Source: Octopus bimaculoides
Taxonomy: Eukaryota
Reading direction: 5' to 3'
DNA: 64,000 nucleotides
Assembly (NCBI RefSeq): GCF_001194135.2
Contig: NC_068991.1
Location: 47,566,833-47,630,832, forward strand
Positions 60,860 to 64,000 of the stretch are shown here, in pieces. Below the pieces are notes generated by a model, which ran no database searches, had not been told where the DNA came from, and was given only the letters and a program-made list of their open reading frames with translations. Numbering within the stretch: the stretch's first letter is position 1; each line of letters opens with the position of its first letter. A program made the position numbers and the translations under genes.

Positions 60860-63424
60860 CTAAAAATTTAAGTGTTCAAATTTAATCCTTCATTCAAATA
60901 TATGAACAGCAAGAAATAGAATAAATGATTTCTGTTGGGGTTAACAATGAGCATTCAGTTATTTGATCAACTGAACTACCTGCTTACTGAATTATTGAAT
61001 TAATGTGAAAGTGGCTGAGTATTCCACAAGCATGTATCCCTTAGTGTAATCATCAAAATGAATCAGCATGACACAGCACAGATGAAGCTGTGTGGTAAGA
61101 AGTTTGCTTCCCAACCACATGATTCTGAGTTCAGTCCTACTGCATGGAACATTGGGCAAGTGTCCCCAGGTCCACTGTGTGGAACATTAGGCAAGTGGCC
61201 CCAGGCCGACCTATACCACATAAGTGAATTAGGTAGATGGAAACTGAAAAAAGGCCCATAGTATATGTATGTGTGTGTGTGTGTCTGTTGTGTATCCCAT
61301 GTGTATGTGTGTGTTTTTGTGTTTGTGTTTGCACTCCACCACCACATGACAACTGGTGTTGGTCTGTTTACCAACACCAGTTGTCTCTTTAACTTAGTAT
61401 TCAGCAAAATAAAAACCTGACAGAATAAGTATCACCATTTAGGCAAGTATTTTAGCCCTTAACCTCTGGTATAAGTACTGGGGCTGAATTGTTTGACTAA
61501 ACCCTTTAAGGCCATACCACCAGCTTGTCCACAGTCCAATGACTGAAACAAGTAAAAGGTCACAGACAGTATGTGACAAGTCAGGAGGTTTTAAACATAG
61601 ATAGTCTATCTGATGAGCTGTCATAGAGTTTCCATCACCTTGATTTCACTCAGAAAGGCTCAAGTTGTGACCTGAAGCTTTGGTAAAAGAAATCTTCTCA
61701 AAATGCAACACGAGAAGTAACCAACTCTTTACTCTTTTACTTGTTTCAGTCATTTGACTGTGGCCATGCTGGAGCACCGCCTTTAGTCGAGCAAATCGAC
61801 CCCAGGACTTATTCTTTGTAAGCCTAGTTCTTATTATATCAGTCTCTTTTGCCGAACTGCTAAGTTACGGGGACGTAAACACACCAGCATTGGTTGTCAA
61901 GCTATGTTGGGGGGACAAACACAGACACACAAACACATATATACATACATATATACGATGAGCTTCTTTCAGTTTCCGTCTACCAAATCCACTCACAAGG
62001 CTTTGGTCGGCCCGAGGCTATAGTAGAAGACACTTGCCCAAGGTGCTACGCAGTGGGACTGAACCCAGAACCATAATATTTTCATGACTTGTGAAATTTT
62101 GAAAAGTTTACAGTATATCTTAGTAACAAGAAACTGTAGGGAGAGCTGAACAGGAGAGGGTCTTCAGAGAAGAAGCCCACTGCCATGCAAGTATTTTAGC
62201 CCCTAATCTATTGTATATTTTGTCACATACACACAGACATATCCATATGGCTAAAGACTTTTTATTTCACAAGGATGACTTGGCAGTTTGTTTCATGCTT
62301 TTGTTAATTGTTTTAGATGTCTGTGTAGTTGCAAGAAGACGTAGACACCGTTTTGGCTCTCCCATACAAAGAGAGGGAGAGTGGTGGTGGTGGGGTGGGG
62401 CTATATAATACTTGGTTAGTACTCAGTTTCAACTGAGCAGATTGGAGCAATGTGAAATTAAGTAGCTTGCTCAAGAGCACAACACACTGCCCGATCAAGG
62501 AATCAAGCCCAAAACCTTATGACTGGGAAACCAACACTCTAACCACTAAGTCACATACCTTAAGATATTTAAGGTTTGAAAAACAAAACGACAACAACAA
62601 GAAAAAATAAGGTACCAGTTATATACTGATTTTAATTCAACTGAATCCATCCCTTCCTGAAAAGCAAGTGGCAATATATTAATCAACATTCTACCAACTA
62701 ACAAAATGCACTAAATTACTTTAAGAATACAGGACAGAGAAGATTGTTGAAAACACACGTTTTTACATGCGTAATCCTGTCACAACCTGTTGCAGCATTT
62801 TTAATATTTATCAGTCTTTATGAGCACCAGTGTGTTACTGAAAACAAGTTTTTTGGTCTCAATAGAGCTACAATCCTAACAGAATTTTTTATTAATTCCA
62901 ATCACATACTTTTGAATATTTTTTTTTTCTCAATACTTCCAGCTTTCATTTAGATCTCCCTAGGCAGAATTCTTTACTTTTTTTTTTGTTATATTAAGTC
63001 GGGATGAGTGAGCATTAATTAAATAGCATCTTTTAACTTACTTGCTTCAGTCATTAGATTGTGGCCATGCTGGGACACCACCTTGAAGAATCTTTAGTCA
63101 AATGAATCAACCCCAGGATTTATTTTTTAAAACTTGGTACTTATTCTACCAGTCTCTTTTGCCAAACTGCTAAGTTACAGGGACATAAACAAACACCAAT
63201 TGTCAAATGGTAGTGGGGGACAAACACACACACATGACAGGCTTCTCTCAGTTTCCATCTACCAAATCCACCCACAAGGCTTTGGTTCGCCTGAGGCTAT
63301 AGTAGAAGACACTAGTCCAAGGTGCCATGCAACAGGACTGAACCTGAAACCATGTGATTAGGAAGCAAACTTCTTACCACACCGCCACACCTGCACCTAT
63401 AACATGTTAATATTTTTTCCTCCC

Positions 63425-63810
63425 AGGGCGGCGAGCTGGCAGAATCGTTAGCACGCTGGGCGAAATGCTTAGCAGTATTTCGTCTGTCTTTATATTCTGA
63501 GTTCAAATTCCACTGAGGTCGACTTTACCTTTCATCCTTTCAGGGTCGATAAATTAAGTATCAGTTGCATACTGGGGTCAATCTAATCGACTGCCCCACC
63601 CACCTGCCAAAATTTTGGGCCTTGTGTCTAGAGTAGAAAAGAATTTTTTCTGCCCAGGGTGGCGAGCTGGCAGAATCGTTGGCATGCCGGGCGAAATGCT
63701 TAGCAGTATTTCGTCTGCTGTTATGTTCTGACTTCAAATTCCGCCAAGGTCAACTTTGCCTTTCATCCTTTCGAGGTCAATTAAATAAGTACCAATTACG
63801 CACTGGAAGG
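63425..63810 (+). mobile_element. Two tandem copies of a tRNA-derived SINE; related copies at about 3000-3135, 38570-38785 and 54995-55205
   Basis: GGCGAGCTGGCAGAATCGTT...GAGTTCAAATTCC...GGTCGACTTT repeated at 63425 and about 63655. Confidence 0.8.
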
Positions 63811-64000
63811 GATACAGCTGTACTGACCTCAATTCATAACTAGTTTTTATCGAAGTAACATGGATGTGGGAATGGCTGTGTGGTGTAGTGGATCTTGCAG
63901 GCATGAAGTGGATTTGATCCACCATAGCCAAATTTAAATTAACACTTCAACAGAACTTTTCTCAGTGGAACAATAGTTTTTCCGTGGCAGTTTATATTTG

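Noticed and set aside
61610-61616. CTGATGA, possible hammerhead core
   Set aside because: No pairing stem II with adjacent GAAA, and no stem I.
62200-62960. Possible upstream MDM1 exon carrying the first SEY repeat
   Set aside because: Candidate minus-strand acceptors lead to stops, no SEY-x3-F motif and no phase-1 donor found; the 5' exons probably lie beyond the window.

Overview
AT-rich eukaryotic genomic DNA, dense in microsatellites, SINEs and transposon relics, with three N gaps. The repeat types resemble those I recall from Octopus, so a cephalopod source is an inference. I reconstructed three genes by hand from splice signals and reading phase. (1) A probable ribosomal-protein-type gene on the minus strand, of which only a TOP/TCT-type first exon ending ATG-G|GTAAG (826-829) is in the window. 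(2) ATP6AP1/Ac45 (V-ATPase subunit S1), + strand, 9 coding exons, 1096-18757, 430 aa, head-to-head with gene 1 across a promoter carrying M-box/CLEAR-type E-boxes. (3) A 5'-incomplete MDM1 orthologue, - strand, about 20 coding exons, 60859 to 27384, at least 1085 aa, with three SEY/TEY-x3-F repeats. The most unusual signals are inside MDM1. First, an exon-duplicated, ungapped [DE][DE]Y-x-LLG-x4-F-x2-N-x2-Y motif occurs four times, and there is a second duplicated 93-nt exon pair. Second, four hammerhead-ribozyme-like motifs cluster in introns between 37 and 47 kb. One of them lies in a fold-back element with a tRNA-like head in its loop, and one has an intact catalytic core. Third, there are several long intronic inverted repeats that could form dsRNA. 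No database searches or folding programs were run; family assignments rest on recalled motifs.
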